A stretch of DNA of 64,000 bases from Escherichia coli (lineage in GTDB: Bacteria > Pseudomonadota > Gammaproteobacteria > Enterobacterales > Enterobacteriaceae), in NCBI RefSeq assembly GCF_002854065.1, contig NZ_CP024147.1, one strand, 5' to 3'. Position numbers and translations under genes: made by a program. A model generated the notes under the pieces. It was given only the letters and a program-made list of their open reading frames with translations, was not told the DNA's origin and did no database searches. This document shows positions 46,763 through 58,052 of the stretch, in pieces. Numbering within the stretch: the stretch's first letter is position 1; every line of letters begins with the position of its first letter.

Positions 46763-48460
46763 TTAAGGCGTAGGTTCCGCCTCTTTTTGTTTTACCGGCT
46801 GTGTTGTTGATTCACTGAGTGGACGCGTCGCCGGAACATTGTCACACGGTTGCTCTTTCGGGCAGATCAAATCCAGCATTTTCAGCGTCACGCCGTTGGT
46901 CCAGCCAAAGCCATCCTGTAATGGATATTCGCCACCGCCGCCCCCCGTTCCGGTGGTGCTGACATCATATTTTTCCACCAGCTTTTTCTCCCGGTCATAG
47001 GTGTGCTGAACATTGGTCAGGAATTGCCAGCTAATGTCCATCGCCACCTCTTTTTGCCCGTAGTTTTGTAATCCTTCTGTCGCGACCCACTGCAACGGTG
47101 CCCAGCCATTTGGCGCATCCCATTGTTGCCCACTTTTCACCGACGTGGTGTTCAGGCCGCCTGGTTGCAGCAGATGAGTTTTCGTCGCCGTCGCCATTTT
47201 GTTGGCGCGATCTTTCGCTGCCGCATTGACGTATAGCGGGAACAGGGCGGCAGCGGTTAACTGATTGCGCACTTTATGACTTTTCAGGTCGTAATCGGCA
47301 TACCAGCCTTGTTGATCGTTCCACAGGTATTTTTCGATCCCTTTTTGACGGGCATTTGCCAGCGTTTCGTACTGGTTTGCCATCGCGTTATCTCCGGCAG
47401 CCTTGCTGGCGCGGGCGAGGATTTTTTCCATTTTAAACATCAGGCTGTTCAGATCGACCGGTACGATGCTGGTGGTGCGTATGGTATTTAACTGCTGCGG
47501 ATTGTCCATCCAGCGCGAGCTGAAATCCCAGCCAGACGCAGCGGCAGAGCGCAGGTCGCGGTAAATTTCAGTGGCAGGTCGATTCGGATTGCTTTTGGCG
47601 GTGGCAATATCTTCCACCCATGACTCTGGTCGTGGCGTATCACGATCGTCCCAGTAGCGGTTGAGAAGGGTACCATCCTGAAGTTTTACAACGCGTTTTT
47701 CCTGTTGTCCGGCTTGCAGGTTTTCAACACCGTCCATCCAGTAAGCATATTCTTTTTGCATTTGCGGAAGGTATTGCTTCAATGCGGCATCGCCTTCATG
47801 CTGCGCCAGTAACTCTACCATCAGGGCAAAGAAGGGCGGCTGCGAGCGGCTTAAATAGTAACTGCGGTTGCCGTTGGGAATATGACCGTAAGTGTCTATT
47901 TCATGAGCAAAATTGGCCACCATATCCGCGACTTTATCCCAGTGACCGCTTTCGGCAAGTCCTAACATGGTGAAGTAACTGTCCCAGTAATATACCTCGC
48001 GAAAACGTCCGCCCGGCACGACATAAGGTTCCGGCAGCGGTAACAGAGAATCCCATTTTTCGGTGTTTTCGGTAGAACGCGTTAATACCGGCCAAAGTCC
48101 GTCAATATGTTCGCGCAGTGACTGTCCCTCTGGCGGAACATATTTCTCGCCCTCTGTCGGCAGGGTGAAATTGACGTTAACGAAATGGCGCAGATCAAAT
48201 CCGCTCTGGTTTTGCTGCATCCGATAATCAGCAAGGATCATCAGCGGATCGCTGTTCGGCACGGCATCGGCAAAGGTTTTTTGGTCCGGAAAAAGTTTGG
48301 CGTTTTGCACATCATTAAACAGCGGCCCTAATAAAATATCAGGCGGCTGTGGCGTTACCGGTGTTTCTTCTGCCTGCACCGATAGCGCAGCGAAACACAA
48401 AAAGATGCAGGCTGGAATTAACGCCATTTTTTGCGGGCGAGAAGGTGCGGGGGATTTCAT
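46763..48460 (-). CDS. treA: periplasmic trehalase TreA
   Basis: 565-aa product from ATG 48458-48460 ([30 protein letters not shown]...). Confidence 0.93.
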   Translation of the reverse strand: MKSPAPSRPQKMALIPACIFLCFAALSVQAEETPVTPQPPDILLGPLFNDVQNAKLFPDQKTFADAVPNSDPLMILADYRMQQNQSGFDLRHFVNVNFTLPTEGEKYVPPEGQSLREHIDGLWPVLTRSTENTEKWDSLLPLPEPYVVPGGRFREVYYWDSYFTMLGLAESGHWDKVADMVANFAHEIDTYGHIPNGNRSYYLSRSQPPFFALMVELLAQHEGDAALKQYLPQMQKEYAYWMDGVENLQAGQQEKRVVKLQDGTLLNRYWDDRDTPRPESWVEDIATAKSNPNRPATEIYRDLRSAAASGWDFSSRWMDNPQQLNTIRTTSIVPVDLNSLMFKMEKILARASKAAGDNAMANQYETLANARQKGIEKYLWNDQQGWYADYDLKSHKVRNQLTAAALFPLYVNAAAKDRANKMATATKTHLLQPGGLNTTSVKSGQQWDAPNGWAPLQWVATEGLQNYGQKEVAMDISWQFLTNVQHTYDREKKLVEKYDVSTTGTGGGGGEYPLQDGFGWTNGVTLKMLDLICPKEQPCDNVPATRPLSESTTQPVKQKEAEPTP

Positions 48461-48779
48461 CAATCATTCTCCTTAGGCGAAACCGAATAAAACGGTATTC
48501 AAGTATCAGAAAACCTTAGTTCAGGATCGCACTAGCTGCATGATCGAAATCTCATTCTGCGAACTGTCAGGCATTTTAGAAAAGGGAATTAAAGGGATAA
48601 ATAACGGCGAAATAGAGTGATCAAATAACGTCTGTTTATTAGCCAGCCAGCGGCGTTTGGTTCGCGATTAGCGAAGAAAAATCATCATAAATTGGTGAAA
48701 AATATAACAGGTAGTTAAAAAACATTAGTGCTGAGTAAATTGCCGGATGACATCAGAACGATGCCATCCGAACGGTGAC

Positions 48780-50198
48780 TTAACCCTGACGGTTGAAACG
48801 TTGCGTTTTAACGTCCAGCGTTAGCTTTTCTTCTGGTTGTATCGCATACAGTTTCTCACCCTGCTGGCAAATCCAGCCAATCCCCAGTTCACGGGCGATC
48901 AGGGCGCTGTGGGATACCGGACTTCCGGCGCTAAGGCAGATACCTTTTACAACCGCCGGATCCAGTTGCAGTACTGCGGAGGGATAAATGTTCTCCGCCA
49001 GTAGAATAGTTGGCGAGTTAAACTGCGGGAGTTCTTCTTTCGTTTGGGTCAGGTGGACCAGGGTGCGATGCAGAAGATCGTCCACATCAATATAGCGAGC
49101 TTGTAGATATTCATCATCCAGTTGCTGGTATTGCTGGCTAAGTTCTTTAAGAACTTGCTGCCAGGCATATTCTGCCGTGCAATGTTCGTGCTGAAGGAGT
49201 TCGCTTGCCGCCGCCAGCAGTTCCGGATCATCTAACAGTGTATGGTGACCAGAAAAGATTGCGGCAATATCGTCAAGCCCGCTGGCTTCTGCTTTCGCTG
49301 TTAACGTCATCAGATCTAATAACGTGAAGTCAATGGCCTGGCGTAATCGTTCTTGTTCTTCTTCCACGGTCAGGGTTGATTTGGCCTGTACCGTACATAA
49401 AACCGGTTGATAATAAAAGGCTTTACCCGAAACAGGCGGAACGGGACGCAGAGTAGGTGGAGCAACTTCCTCCGTTTCACCAAAGTTATCTTCAGCCAGC
49501 TGACGGAAAGCGATCAGTGCCTCTTCAGCTTCTGGCCCTTTCGCAATCAGGCGCAGCGTATCGTTATAGCGAACTTGTAGTAACGCAATCTGGTTAATAC
49601 TCTCCGGTGTGACGCATTTGCCGTTTTTCTCCAGCAACATATCGGCATTAAATGTCGATAAGGTATAAACCAGCCGGGAGGCTGGACGTACATGCAGGCC
49701 GTTACGGTTCTTTATGACCACCGCCAGAGAACGGGCTTCTTCATCGTACGCAGGACATGAGTCAGAGATTTCAGTGTCGGAGGACGGTAAACCCAGTTGT
49801 TCACGTTTGGCTTCCAGCGCATGCATGGCGTCAAAGATAACTTTGTCGATATCCGCCCCCGAGGCCGCGCTGACCGTTGCTGCCAGTGTACCTTCGACCA
49901 ACGGCGCAGCACACAAACGTACTTTTGCGGCGATCTCGGGAGCCAGCAATTCCAGCGCAGTTTCAGCACTCAATAATGCGCTACCCATATCCATCATGAC
50001 CAGCACATGGTCGGCATCAGCAACAGATTCGATGGCCTCCATCACTTTGACGGCATCGGTACCAATGGGATTTTGTGGATCGTCAATTCCCGCGGCAATG
50101 GCGATTTTACAACTATCACTCATTAACATCTGACGGGCTAATTCACCGACACCTTCTCCCAGTCGGCTGCTATGTGAAACTATGACCAGGTTTACCAT
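48780..50198 (-). CDS. dhaM: dihydroxyacetone kinase phosphotransfer subunit DhaM
   Basis: 472-aa product from ATG 50196-50198 (MVNLVIVSHSSRLGEGVGELARQM...). Confidence 0.9.
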   Translation of the reverse strand: MVNLVIVSHSSRLGEGVGELARQMLMSDSCKIAIAAGIDDPQNPIGTDAVKVMEAIESVADADHVLVMMDMGSALLSAETALELLAPEIAAKVRLCAAPLVEGTLAATVSAASGADIDKVIFDAMHALEAKREQLGLPSSDTEISDSCPAYDEEARSLAVVIKNRNGLHVRPASRLVYTLSTFNADMLLEKNGKCVTPESINQIALLQVRYNDTLRLIAKGPEAEEALIAFRQLAEDNFGETEEVAPPTLRPVPPVSGKAFYYQPVLCTVQAKSTLTVEEEQERLRQAIDFTLLDLMTLTAKAEASGLDDIAAIFSGHHTLLDDPELLAAASELLQHEHCTAEYAWQQVLKELSQQYQQLDDEYLQARYIDVDDLLHRTLVHLTQTKEELPQFNSPTILLAENIYPSAVLQLDPAVVKGICLSAGSPVSHSALIARELGIGWICQQGEKLYAIQPEEKLTLDVKTQRFNRQG

Positions 50199-50208
50199 CA
50201 CCAATTCC

Positions 50209-50841
50209 TTACTCTTTTGCGGCTAACGCCAACATTTGCATCATAAACATCACCGAGGTTGCGCCGGGATCCTGGTGACCAATACTGCGTTCACCGAGAT
50301 AACTGGCGCGGCCTTTGCGGGCTTGCATCGTAATCGTACTTTGTGCAGCGGATTCGGCGATGCTACTGGCAGCTTCGAGCGCCGCCGGAACAGAGAGATT
50401 TTGCTCGCTGGACTGACGTAACGATTCCACCACCGGCACCCACACATCACACATGGTTTTATCGCCAGGTTCGGCTTTCCCGCGACTGATTACGCCGTCC
50501 GCGCCATCGCGGAACATCTGATAAAGCTCTTCCAGCGTCAGGCTTTGCCGTGCCTGGGTCGCCTGTGCGGCGCGGATAAAGAAGGTACCGAACAGCGGAC
50601 CACTGGCACCACCGACGCTGGAAAGCAGCGTCATACCGGTATTCTTGAGAATGAAACCGATATCTTTATCTGCAATAGCAGGGAGTTTTTCCACCACTTT
50701 GCTAAAGCCTCGGTTCATATTTAGCCCGTGGTCAGCGTCGCCAATCTCGCGATCCAGTCCGGTAAGATACTCGCTCTCAGTGTTGAAAATATCGCCACAA
50801 CGATTGAGCCAGTTAACAATTTGAGTTCTGCTCAGTGACAT
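50209..50841 (-). CDS. dhaL: dihydroxyacetone kinase ADP-binding subunit DhaL
   Basis: 210-aa product from ATG 50839-50841 (MSLSRTQIVNWLNRCGDIFNTESEYLTGLDREIGDADHG...). Confidence 0.9.
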   Translation of the reverse strand: MSLSRTQIVNWLNRCGDIFNTESEYLTGLDREIGDADHGLNMNRGFSKVVEKLPAIADKDIGFILKNTGMTLLSSVGGASGPLFGTFFIRAAQATQARQSLTLEELYQMFRDGADGVISRGKAEPGDKTMCDVWVPVVESLRQSSEQNLSVPAALEAASSIAESAAQSTITMQARKGRASYLGERSIGHQDPGATSVMFMMQMLALAAKE

Positions 50842-50851
50842 TGCTTTCTCC

Positions 50852-51922
50852 TTATTTACCCCAGTTAAGGGCCGGGGTGTGGACCGGGGCGTCCCAGAGT
50901 GCCAGCGTTTCGTCATCAACTTTCAGTAAGGTGATTGAGAAACCGGTCATATCCAGTGAGGTGCAGTACGCGCCAATTAAATTACGTTCGATAGTCAATC
51001 CCGCTTGCTGGCAACGTGTGGTCAGGCGGTTATAGACGCCGTACAGCTCAGAAAGTGGAGTTGCGCCAAGATTGTTAACCAGCGCAATCACCCTGTCGCC
51101 AGACTGGAGCGGTTGTTTGGTTTGTGGTTCTTCCTGCCAGCTGCCTTGTTGATAATCCCAGAAACGCAAAGTGCGATGGTATGAGCCATTTTCCAGCAGG
51201 GTGTCGAACATTTCATCGACGGTTTGATCAAGGGAAGAGAAGGGGCGGCGGTCAATACCCGGCTCACCATGAATGCCGACGCCAAACTCCATCTCATTGT
51301 CCGCCAGGGTAAAAGAAGGTTTGCCCGCGGCAGGAACGGTACAGGCACCGAGAGCGATACCTATTGAGTGGCCTTGATTATTCAACTTACGCCCCAGTTC
51401 CGCACAGGCGTCCAGTGAGTCGCCACGCTCCGCCGCTGCGCCTACGAGTTTTTCAATTAATACGGTGTTGGCAACGCCGCGCCGCCCGGCGGTATAAAGA
51501 CTGTCTTTTACTGCAACGTCGTCATCAATGACCACAGTGGTCACTTTTACGCCGCTATCGTGCAGTAACTCGGTTGCTGTTTCGAAGTTAAGAATATCGC
51601 CGGTGTAATTTTTGATAATCAACAGTACACCTTCGCCGCCATCAACTTGCATGGCGCATTCAAAGATTTTATCGGGCGTCGGTGAGGTGAAAATTTCGCC
51701 CGGACAGGCCCCCGAAAGCATCCCCTGACCGATATAACCACAGTGCATCGGCTCGTGTCCGCTGCCGCCACCCGACAGCAGGGCGACTTTTCCTGCAACA
51801 GGGGCATCAGCTCGGGTGACATACACCGGATCCTGATGCAGTGTCAGCGATGGATGCGCTTTCGCCAGTCCTGCCAGTTGTTCGTCCAGTACGTCTTGCA
51901 CATCATTGATCAATTTTTTCAT
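50852..51922 (-). CDS. dhaK: dihydroxyacetone kinase DHA-binding subunit DhaK
   Basis: 356-aa product from ATG 51920-51922 (MKKLINDVQDVLDEQLAGLAKAHPSLTLHQDPVYVTR...). Confidence 0.92.
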   Translation of the reverse strand: MKKLINDVQDVLDEQLAGLAKAHPSLTLHQDPVYVTRADAPVAGKVALLSGGGSGHEPMHCGYIGQGMLSGACPGEIFTSPTPDKIFECAMQVDGGEGVLLIIKNYTGDILNFETATELLHDSGVKVTTVVIDDDVAVKDSLYTAGRRGVANTVLIEKLVGAAAERGDSLDACAELGRKLNNQGHSIGIALGACTVPAAGKPSFTLADNEMEFGVGIHGEPGIDRRPFSSLDQTVDEMFDTLLENGSYHRTLRFWDYQQGSWQEEPQTKQPLQSGDRVIALVNNLGATPLSELYGVYNRLTTRCQQAGLTIERNLIGAYCTSLDMTGFSITLLKVDDETLALWDAPVHTPALNWGK

Positions 51923-52149
51923 TATTTTGCTCCAGCAATTACGGTAGGGCATGGATGATGTTCAACGACACGGCGACCACTGACTGCCGATGAATCCATT
52001 GTGCATCAGGCAAGGGAAAAGAAAATTAGCCCAAATTATGTTTCATAGTGAAACATATGCTTTAATGAATGTTCCATATTGAAACTTTTACGTGTATTAA
52101 TACTTAAAATTGCGAGCCGGAACACCTTTTGTCATAAGGGATGCGGGAT

Positions 52150-54069
52150 ATGAGTGGCGCTTTTAACAACGATGGTCGGGGCATATCTCCCTTAATTGCA
52201 ACCTCCTGGGAGCGATGCAATAAGCTGATGAAACGGGAGACATGGAACGTACCACATCAGGCCCAGGGCGTGACATTTGCTTCTATTTATCGGCGTAAGA
52301 AAGCGATGCTGACGCTCGGGCAGGCTGCGCTGGAAGATGCCTGGGAATATATGGCACCGCGAGAGTGTGCGCTGTTTATCCTCGATGAAACCGCCTGCAT
52401 TCTCAGCCGTAATGGCGATCCGCAAACCTTGCAGCAGCTAAGTGCACTGGGATTCAATGACGGCACGTATTGCGCCGAGGGAATTATTGGTACTTGTGCG
52501 CTATCGTTAGCGGCTATCTCTGGTCAGGCAGTGAAAACGATGGCCGATCAACATTTCAAACAGGCACTCTGGAACTGGGCCTTTTGTGCAACGCCGTTGT
52601 TTGACAGCAAGGGCCGATTGACGGGAACAATAGCGCTGGCGTGTCCGGTTGAGCAAACTACCGCAGCTGATTTGCCGTTGACGTTGGCAATCGCCCGCGA
52701 GGTCGGTAATTTACTGCTGACGGACAGTTTGCTCGCTGAAACTAACCGTCATTTAAATCAACTTAATGCCCTGTTAGAAAGTATGGATGATGGCGTGATT
52801 AGCTGGGACGAGCAGGGTAATTTGCAATTTATTAATGCCCAGGCGGCGCGGGTCTTGCGCCTTGACGCGACGGCAAGTCAGGGACGGGCAATCACTGAAC
52901 TCTTAACGTTACCCGCCGTATTGCAACAAGCAATAAAACAGGCACATCCGCTCAAACACGTAGAAGCCACCTTTGAAAGCCAGCACCAGTTTATTGATGC
53001 GGTGATAACCCTTAAACCGATAATAGAAACGCAGGGAACCAGCTTTATTTTGTTGCTCCATCCTGTGGAACAGATGCGGCAGTTAATGACCAGTCAATTA
53101 GGAAAAGTCAGCCATACCTTCGCTCATATGCCACAGGACGATCCGCAAACCCGCCGCTTGATTCATTTTGGTCGCCAGGCGGCGCGCAGTAGCTTTCCTG
53201 TCCTGCTTTGTGGAGAAGAGGGCGTGGGCAAGGCACTGCTAAGTCAGGCAATTCATAATGAAAGCGAGCGTGCTGCAGGTCCTTATATCGCCGTCAATTG
53301 TGAGTTATATGGTGATGCGGCACTGGCGGAAGAATTTATTGGTGGCGATCGCACGGACAATGAAAATGGCCGTCTGAGTCGGCTGGAACTGGCGCACGGC
53401 GGCACGCTGTTTCTTGAAAAGATTGAATATCTGGCGGTGGAGTTACAGTCTGCTTTGCTTCAGGTTATCAAGCAGGGTGTTATCACGCGACTGGATGCGC
53501 GGCGTTTAATACCAATTGATGTCAAAGTGATTGCTACAACGACCGCGGACCTCGCAATGCTGGTGGAACAAAATCGTTTTAGTCGCCAGCTGTATTACGC
53601 GCTGCATGCATTTGAAATTACCATCCCGCCTCTGCGTATGCGGCGTGGCAGCATTCCGGCGCTGGTGAATAACAAATTACGCAGTCTTGAAAAACGCTTC
53701 TCTACGCGGCTGAAAATTGATGACGATGCCCTCGCTCGCCTGGTTTCCTGTGCATGGCCTGGCAACGATTTTGAACTTTACAGCGTCATCGAGAATCTTG
53801 CTCTGAGTAGTGATAATGGGCGCATTCGCGTCAGTGATTTGCCGGAACATCTGTTTACCGAGCAGGCGACAGATGATGTCAGCGCCACACGCCTTTCCAC
53901 CAGTCTGTCATTTGCGGAAGTTGAAAAAGAGGCAATTATTAACGCAGCCCAGGTCACAGGCGGTCGCATTCAGGAAATGTCGGCTTTACTTGGAATCGGC
54001 CGCACTACGCTGTGGCGGAAAATGAAGCAACATGGCATTGATGCAGGGCAGTTTAAGCGCCGGGTATGA
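52150..54069 (+). CDS. dhaR: sigma-54-family transcriptional activator DhaR of dhaKLM
   Basis: 639-aa product from ATG 52150; GAF/PAS region, AAA+ domain and C-terminal HTH (..LGIGRTTLWRKMKQHGI..). Confidence 0.9.
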   Translation: MSGAFNNDGRGISPLIATSWERCNKLMKRETWNVPHQAQGVTFASIYRRKKAMLTLGQAALEDAWEYMAPRECALFILDETACILSRNGDPQTLQQLSALGFNDGTYCAEGIIGTCALSLAAISGQAVKTMADQHFKQALWNWAFCATPLFDSKGRLTGTIALACPVEQTTAADLPLTLAIAREVGNLLLTDSLLAETNRHLNQLNALLESMDDGVISWDEQGNLQFINAQAARVLRLDATASQGRAITELLTLPAVLQQAIKQAHPLKHVEATFESQHQFIDAVITLKPIIETQGTSFILLLHPVEQMRQLMTSQLGKVSHTFAHMPQDDPQTRRLIHFGRQAARSSFPVLLCGEEGVGKALLSQAIHNESERAAGPYIAVNCELYGDAALAEEFIGGDRTDNENGRLSRLELAHGGTLFLEKIEYLAVELQSALLQVIKQGVITRLDARRLIPIDVKVIATTTADLAMLVEQNRFSRQLYYALHAFEITIPPLRMRRGSIPALVNNKLRSLEKRFSTRLKIDDDALARLVSCAWPGNDFELYSVIENLALSSDNGRIRVSDLPEHLFTEQATDDVSATRLSTSLSFAEVEKEAIINAAQVTGGRIQEMSALLGIGRTTLWRKMKQHGIDAGQFKRRV

Positions 54070-54168
54070 AAGACAGAGACGATTTCTGATACATCAGAGT
54101 GATCTATATTTCATTCCGGCGCACGCTAACATTTTTCAGCATCGTTTAAGGGCTTGTCTACCCCGTAC

Positions 54169-54413
54169 TTAAAAGCTGAAGTGATATCCTCCGTTGACTT
54201 GCTTCTGATCAAAGAGGTTACCCTGCGTGTAATCCGCTTCGAGGTAGAATGTGTGCTGTTTGTTATACTGTGCACTGACTCCCACGCCGTTATTCCAGCC
54301 ATTACCTTTGAAACTGTACTTCTCCCGGGAGTTATTCAACTGATATTCTGTATCCCCTGAAAACTCGCGGATAGCGCCAGTCTTCACATAGATATTCAGC
54401 TGGCTGTTGCCTG
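54169..54413 (-). pseudogene. ycgV: C-terminal remnant of an autotransporter beta-barrel (ycgV position) truncated at the IS1 junction
   Basis: Only about 80 codons with barrel-terminal character (...QKQVNGGYHFSF) remain between dhaR and IS1; no passenger-domain coding sequence follows IS1. Confidence 0.5.
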
Positions 54414-54428
54414 GGTAATGACTCCAAC

Positions 54429-54932
54429 TTATTGATAGTGTTTTATGTTCAGATAATGCCCGATGACTTTGTCATGCAGCTCCACCGATTTTGAGAACGA
54501 CAGCGACTTCCGTCCCAGCCGTGCCAGGTGCTGCCTCAGATTCAGGTTATGCCGCTCAATTCGCTGCGTATATCGCTTGCTGATTACGTGCAGCTTTCCC
54601 TTCAGGCGGGATTCATACAGCGGCCAGCCATCCGTCATCCATATCACCACGTCAAAGGGTGACAGCAGGCTCATAAGACGCCCCAGCGTCGCCATAGTGC
54701 GTTCACCGAATACGTGCGCAACAACCGTCTTCCGGAGCCTGTCATACGCGTAAAACAGCCAGCGCTGGCGCGATTTAGCCCCGACGTATCCCCACTGTTC
54801 GTCCATTTCCGCGCAGACGATGACGTCACTGCCCGGCTGTATGCGCGAGGTTACCGACTGCGGCCTGAGTTTTTTAAATGGCGGAAAATCGTGTTGAGGC
54901 CAACGCCCATAATGCGGGCGGTTGCCCGGCAT
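54429..54932 (-). CDS. insB: IS1 protein InsB
   Basis: 167-aa ORF matching IS1 InsB (..[70 protein letters not shown]). Confidence 0.9.
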   Translation of the reverse strand: MPGNRPHYGRWPQHDFPPFKKLRPQSVTSRIQPGSDVIVCAEMDEQWGYVGAKSRQRWLFYAYDRLRKTVVAHVFGERTMATLGRLMSLLSPFDVVIWMTDGWPLYESRLKGKLHVISKRYTQRIERHNLNLRQHLARLGRKSLSFSKSVELHDKVIGHYLNIKHYQ

Positions 54933-55126
54933 CCAACGCCATTCATGGCCATATCAATGATTTTCTGGTGCATACCGGGTTGAGAAGCGGTGTAAGTGAA
55001 CTGCAGTTGCCATGTTTTACGGCAGTGAGAGCAGAGATAGCGCTGATGTCCGGCAGTGCTTTTGCCGTTACGCACCACCCCGTCAGTAGCTGAACAGGAG
55101 GGACAGCTGATAGAAACAGAAGCCAC
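54851..55126 (-). CDS. insA: IS1 protein InsA
   Basis: 91-aa ORF matching IS1 InsA ([43 protein letters not shown]...). Confidence 0.9.
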   Translation of the reverse strand: MASVSISCPSCSATDGVVRNGKSTAGHQRYLCSHCRKTWQLQFTYTASQPGMHQKIIDMAMNGVGCRATARIMGVGLNTIFRHLKNSGRSR

Positions 55127-55570
55127 TGGAGCACCTCAAAAACACCATCATACACTAAATCAGTAAGTTGGCAGCATCACCCATTTTTGCATTACTAATA
55201 AGAAAAAGCAAAAAACATCGATATTCATTTTTGATCAATGATTTTTCTGGCATATCGTTATTATCGTGCTATTGGTTATCATTTTCATCTTGCCAGGATC
55301 GCACGTAATCTCATTATTCGGGGACTTTATCTGCGGGATATTACCCTTCAGGTAAGTCCTTTTCTCGCCAGCATATTGGAGCGTGATCAATATTGATCAG
55401 CTGTGAAGGGGGTGATGTGTAGTGGAACAAAAACTTACGTTATATCACTACTAATGAGATATCCGTCATCTGAACACTGATGTCTTTAATTATTCTGGTG
55501 GTTCACTGTAGGCAATAAGCACAAAAGTGTAGGATGTTACAAGAATGATTAGGACTCGGTGAAATGAAAA

Positions 55571-55600
55571 ATCCACGCAATTGCGTGGATTTTATATACT
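55571..55600 (-). terminator. rho-independent terminator downstream of ychF (ATCCACGC-AATT-GCGTGGAT, then TTTTCATTTC on minus strand)
   Basis: Perfect 8-bp stem with T-rich tail, about 55 bp after the ychF stop. Confidence 0.6.
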
Positions 55601-55649
55601 TTTGCGCTCTTCATGAGATTTAGCGAAACCTCATGAGACAACAAATTAA

Positions 55650-56741
55650 TTAGACGTTGAACAGGAAGTTCATCACATCGCCATCTTTAACGATGTAATC
55701 TTTACCTTCTGCACGCATTTTGCCTGCTTCTTTCGCGCCTTGTTCACCTTTGTAATTGATGAAATCTTCAAACGAGATGGTTTGTGCACGGATAAAGCCT
55801 TTTTCAAAATCAGTATGGATTTTGCCCGCTGCCTGCGGCGCGGTTGCTCCAACCGGAATGGTCCATGCACGCACTTCTTTCACCCCAGCGGTGAAGTAAG
55901 TTTGCAGGTTCAGCAGCTTATAACCGGCACGGATCACACGGTTCAGGCCCGGCTCTTCCAGCCCAAGCTCCTGCATAAACTCGTCACGTTCTTCGTCGTC
56001 CAGTTCGGCAATGTCTGCTTCAACAGCAGCACAAACCGGAACCACAACAGAACCTTCTTTCGCCGCGATTTCACGCACCTGGTCAAGATATGGGTTGTTT
56101 TCAAAACCGTCTTCGTTGACGTTGGCGATGTACATTGTTGGTTTCAGCGTCAGGAAGCTCAGGTAACGAATAGCCGCTTTCTCTTCAGCGCTTAAATCCA
56201 GCGCGCGCAGCATACCTGCGTTTTCCAGCTGGGGCAGGCATTTTTCCAGGACCGCCAGCTCAGCTTTCGCGTCTTTATCGCCACCTTTGGCTTTCTTCTG
56301 TACGCGATGAATCGCACGTTCGCAGGTGTCGAGGTCTGCCAGCGCCAGTTCGGTGTTGATAACTTCAATATCGTCAGCCGGGTTAACTTTGCCGGAAACG
56401 TGAATGATGTTGTCATTTTCAAAGCAGCGAACAACGTGACCGATCGCTTCGGTTTCACGGATGTTGGTCAGGAACTGGTTACCCAGACCTTCGCCTTTCG
56501 ATGCGCCTTTTACCAGACCGGCGATATCGACAAATTCCATGGTCGTGGGAAGCGTACGTTGCGGTTTTACGATTTCAGCCAGTTGATCCAGGCGAGGATC
56601 AGGCATTGGTACGACGCCTGTGTTCGGCTCAATGGTGCAGAATGGAAAGTTGGCCGCTTCAATACCGGCTTTGGTCAGCGCGTTGAACAGGGTAGATTTC
56701 CCGACGTTGGGCAAACCGACGATACCGCATTTGAATCCCAT
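55650..56741 (-). CDS. ychF: ribosome-binding ATPase YchF (Obg-family GTPase-like)
   Basis: 363-aa [43 protein letters not shown]... Confidence 0.95.
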   Translation of the reverse strand: MGFKCGIVGLPNVGKSTLFNALTKAGIEAANFPFCTIEPNTGVVPMPDPRLDQLAEIVKPQRTLPTTMEFVDIAGLVKGASKGEGLGNQFLTNIRETEAIGHVVRCFENDNIIHVSGKVNPADDIEVINTELALADLDTCERAIHRVQKKAKGGDKDAKAELAVLEKCLPQLENAGMLRALDLSAEEKAAIRYLSFLTLKPTMYIANVNEDGFENNPYLDQVREIAAKEGSVVVPVCAAVEADIAELDDEERDEFMQELGLEEPGLNRVIRAGYKLLNLQTYFTAGVKEVRAWTIPVGATAPQAAGKIHTDFEKGFIRAQTISFEDFINYKGEQGAKEAGKMRAEGKDYIVKDGDVMNFLFNV

Positions 56742-56857
56742 GATTTAAATCACCTTAATATCTTAATAATCAACCTGTTATTGCTAACAGATTGCAGAAA
56801 TGGAAATAACTTTGCCTATTATACACGGCACTCGGCAAAAATGCCGCAGACAACGAC

Positions 56858-57442
56858 TTATTGCGCTTTAAAGGCGTGCAATCGGTTCGTTGCTTTGGTC
56901 AAGCCATCTGTAAACCACATTTCAGTACAACGCGCCGCTTCGTCGATGGCTTCATCAATTAACTTCTGTTCACTAACAGGCGGTTTGCCTAACACAAAAC
57001 CAACAACTTTATTTTTATCGCCCGGATGACCGATTCCGATGCGTAAACGGTGAAAGTTAGGGTTATTACCCAATTTACTGATGATGTCTTTCAGTCCATT
57101 GTGACCACCATGGCCACCGCCCAACTTAAATTTGGCGACGCCAGGAGGCAGATCCAGTTCGTCGTGGGCCACCAGAATTTCGTCCGGATTAATGCGGAAA
57201 AAACTGGCCATCGCCGCAACGGCTTTGCCGCTGAGATTCATAAATGTAGTCGGGACTAACAGGCGAACATCTTCGCCTCCAAGGGTGACTCGCGAAGTAT
57301 AACCAAAGAATTTAGCCTCTTCGCGCAGCGGAGCGCGCAAACGCTCTGCCAGTAAGTCAACGAACCAGGCACCAGCATTATGTCGCGTTGCGGCGTATTC
57401 AGCACCGGGGTTCGCCAGGCCGACAATCAATTTAATCGTCAC
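56858..57442 (-). CDS. pth: peptidyl-tRNA hydrolase
   Basis: 194-aa [35 protein letters not shown]... Confidence 0.95.
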
Positions 57443-57719
57443 GTTTTTTTGTCCTGAGTGTGTACATAACTGGCGCGTAGTTTACTGGTTGCGGCCCCGC
57501 TTGACAAAAAACTGCGTATCAAATGCAGATAACGTAATAATTGCCTGAGTGGACTATTAGAAAGTAAAGGTGTTCAGGCGTTTATTTGTAAAGTTTTGTT
57601 GAAATAAGGGTTGTAATTGTGATCACGCCCGCACATAACCCACAGGGTGTTGTCTATACTTTACACATAAGGAAGAGGGGTATTCCCTGTTACAACCCAG
57701 AAAGTTCCGGAGGTGACAT

Positions 57720-57998
57720 ATGAAACGCAAAAACGCTTCGTTACTCGGTAACGTGCTCATGGGGTTGGGTCTGGTGGTAATGGTGGTCGGCGTGGGGTAT
57801 TCAATCCTCAACCAGTTACCACAGTTTAATATGCCCCAGTATTTCGCACATGGTGCAGTGCTAAGTATTTTCGTCGGTGCCATTCTCTGGCTGGCGGGTG
57901 CCCGTGTTGGTGGGCATGAACAGGTGTGCGACCGTTACTGGTGGGTTCGCCACTATGACAAACGTTGCCGCCGTAGCGATAATCGCCGTCATAGCTAA
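57720..57998 (+). CDS. ychH: small membrane protein YchH
   Basis: 92-aa ORF with two TM segments between pth and dauA. Confidence 0.8.
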   Translation: MKRKNASLLGNVLMGLGLVVMVVGVGYSILNQLPQFNMPQYFAHGAVLSIFVGAILWLAGARVGGHEQVCDRYWWVRHYDKRCRRSDNRRHS

Positions 57999-58052
57999 CA
58001 AATAATGCAGTTTGCTGACCAGTCAGTTTGCGCTGACTGGTCAATCTCGTAC

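Larger units (their letters stand above)
54414..55181 (-). mobile_element. insertion sequence IS1 (768 bp), no flanking target-site duplication
   Basis: Starts GGTAATGACTCCAACTTATTGATAGTG and ends ...ATCAGTAAGTTGGCAGCATCACC (IS1 terminal repeats); length exactly 768 bp; encodes InsA/InsB; 9-bp flanks differ (TGTTGCCTG vs CATTTTTGC). Confidence 0.95.
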
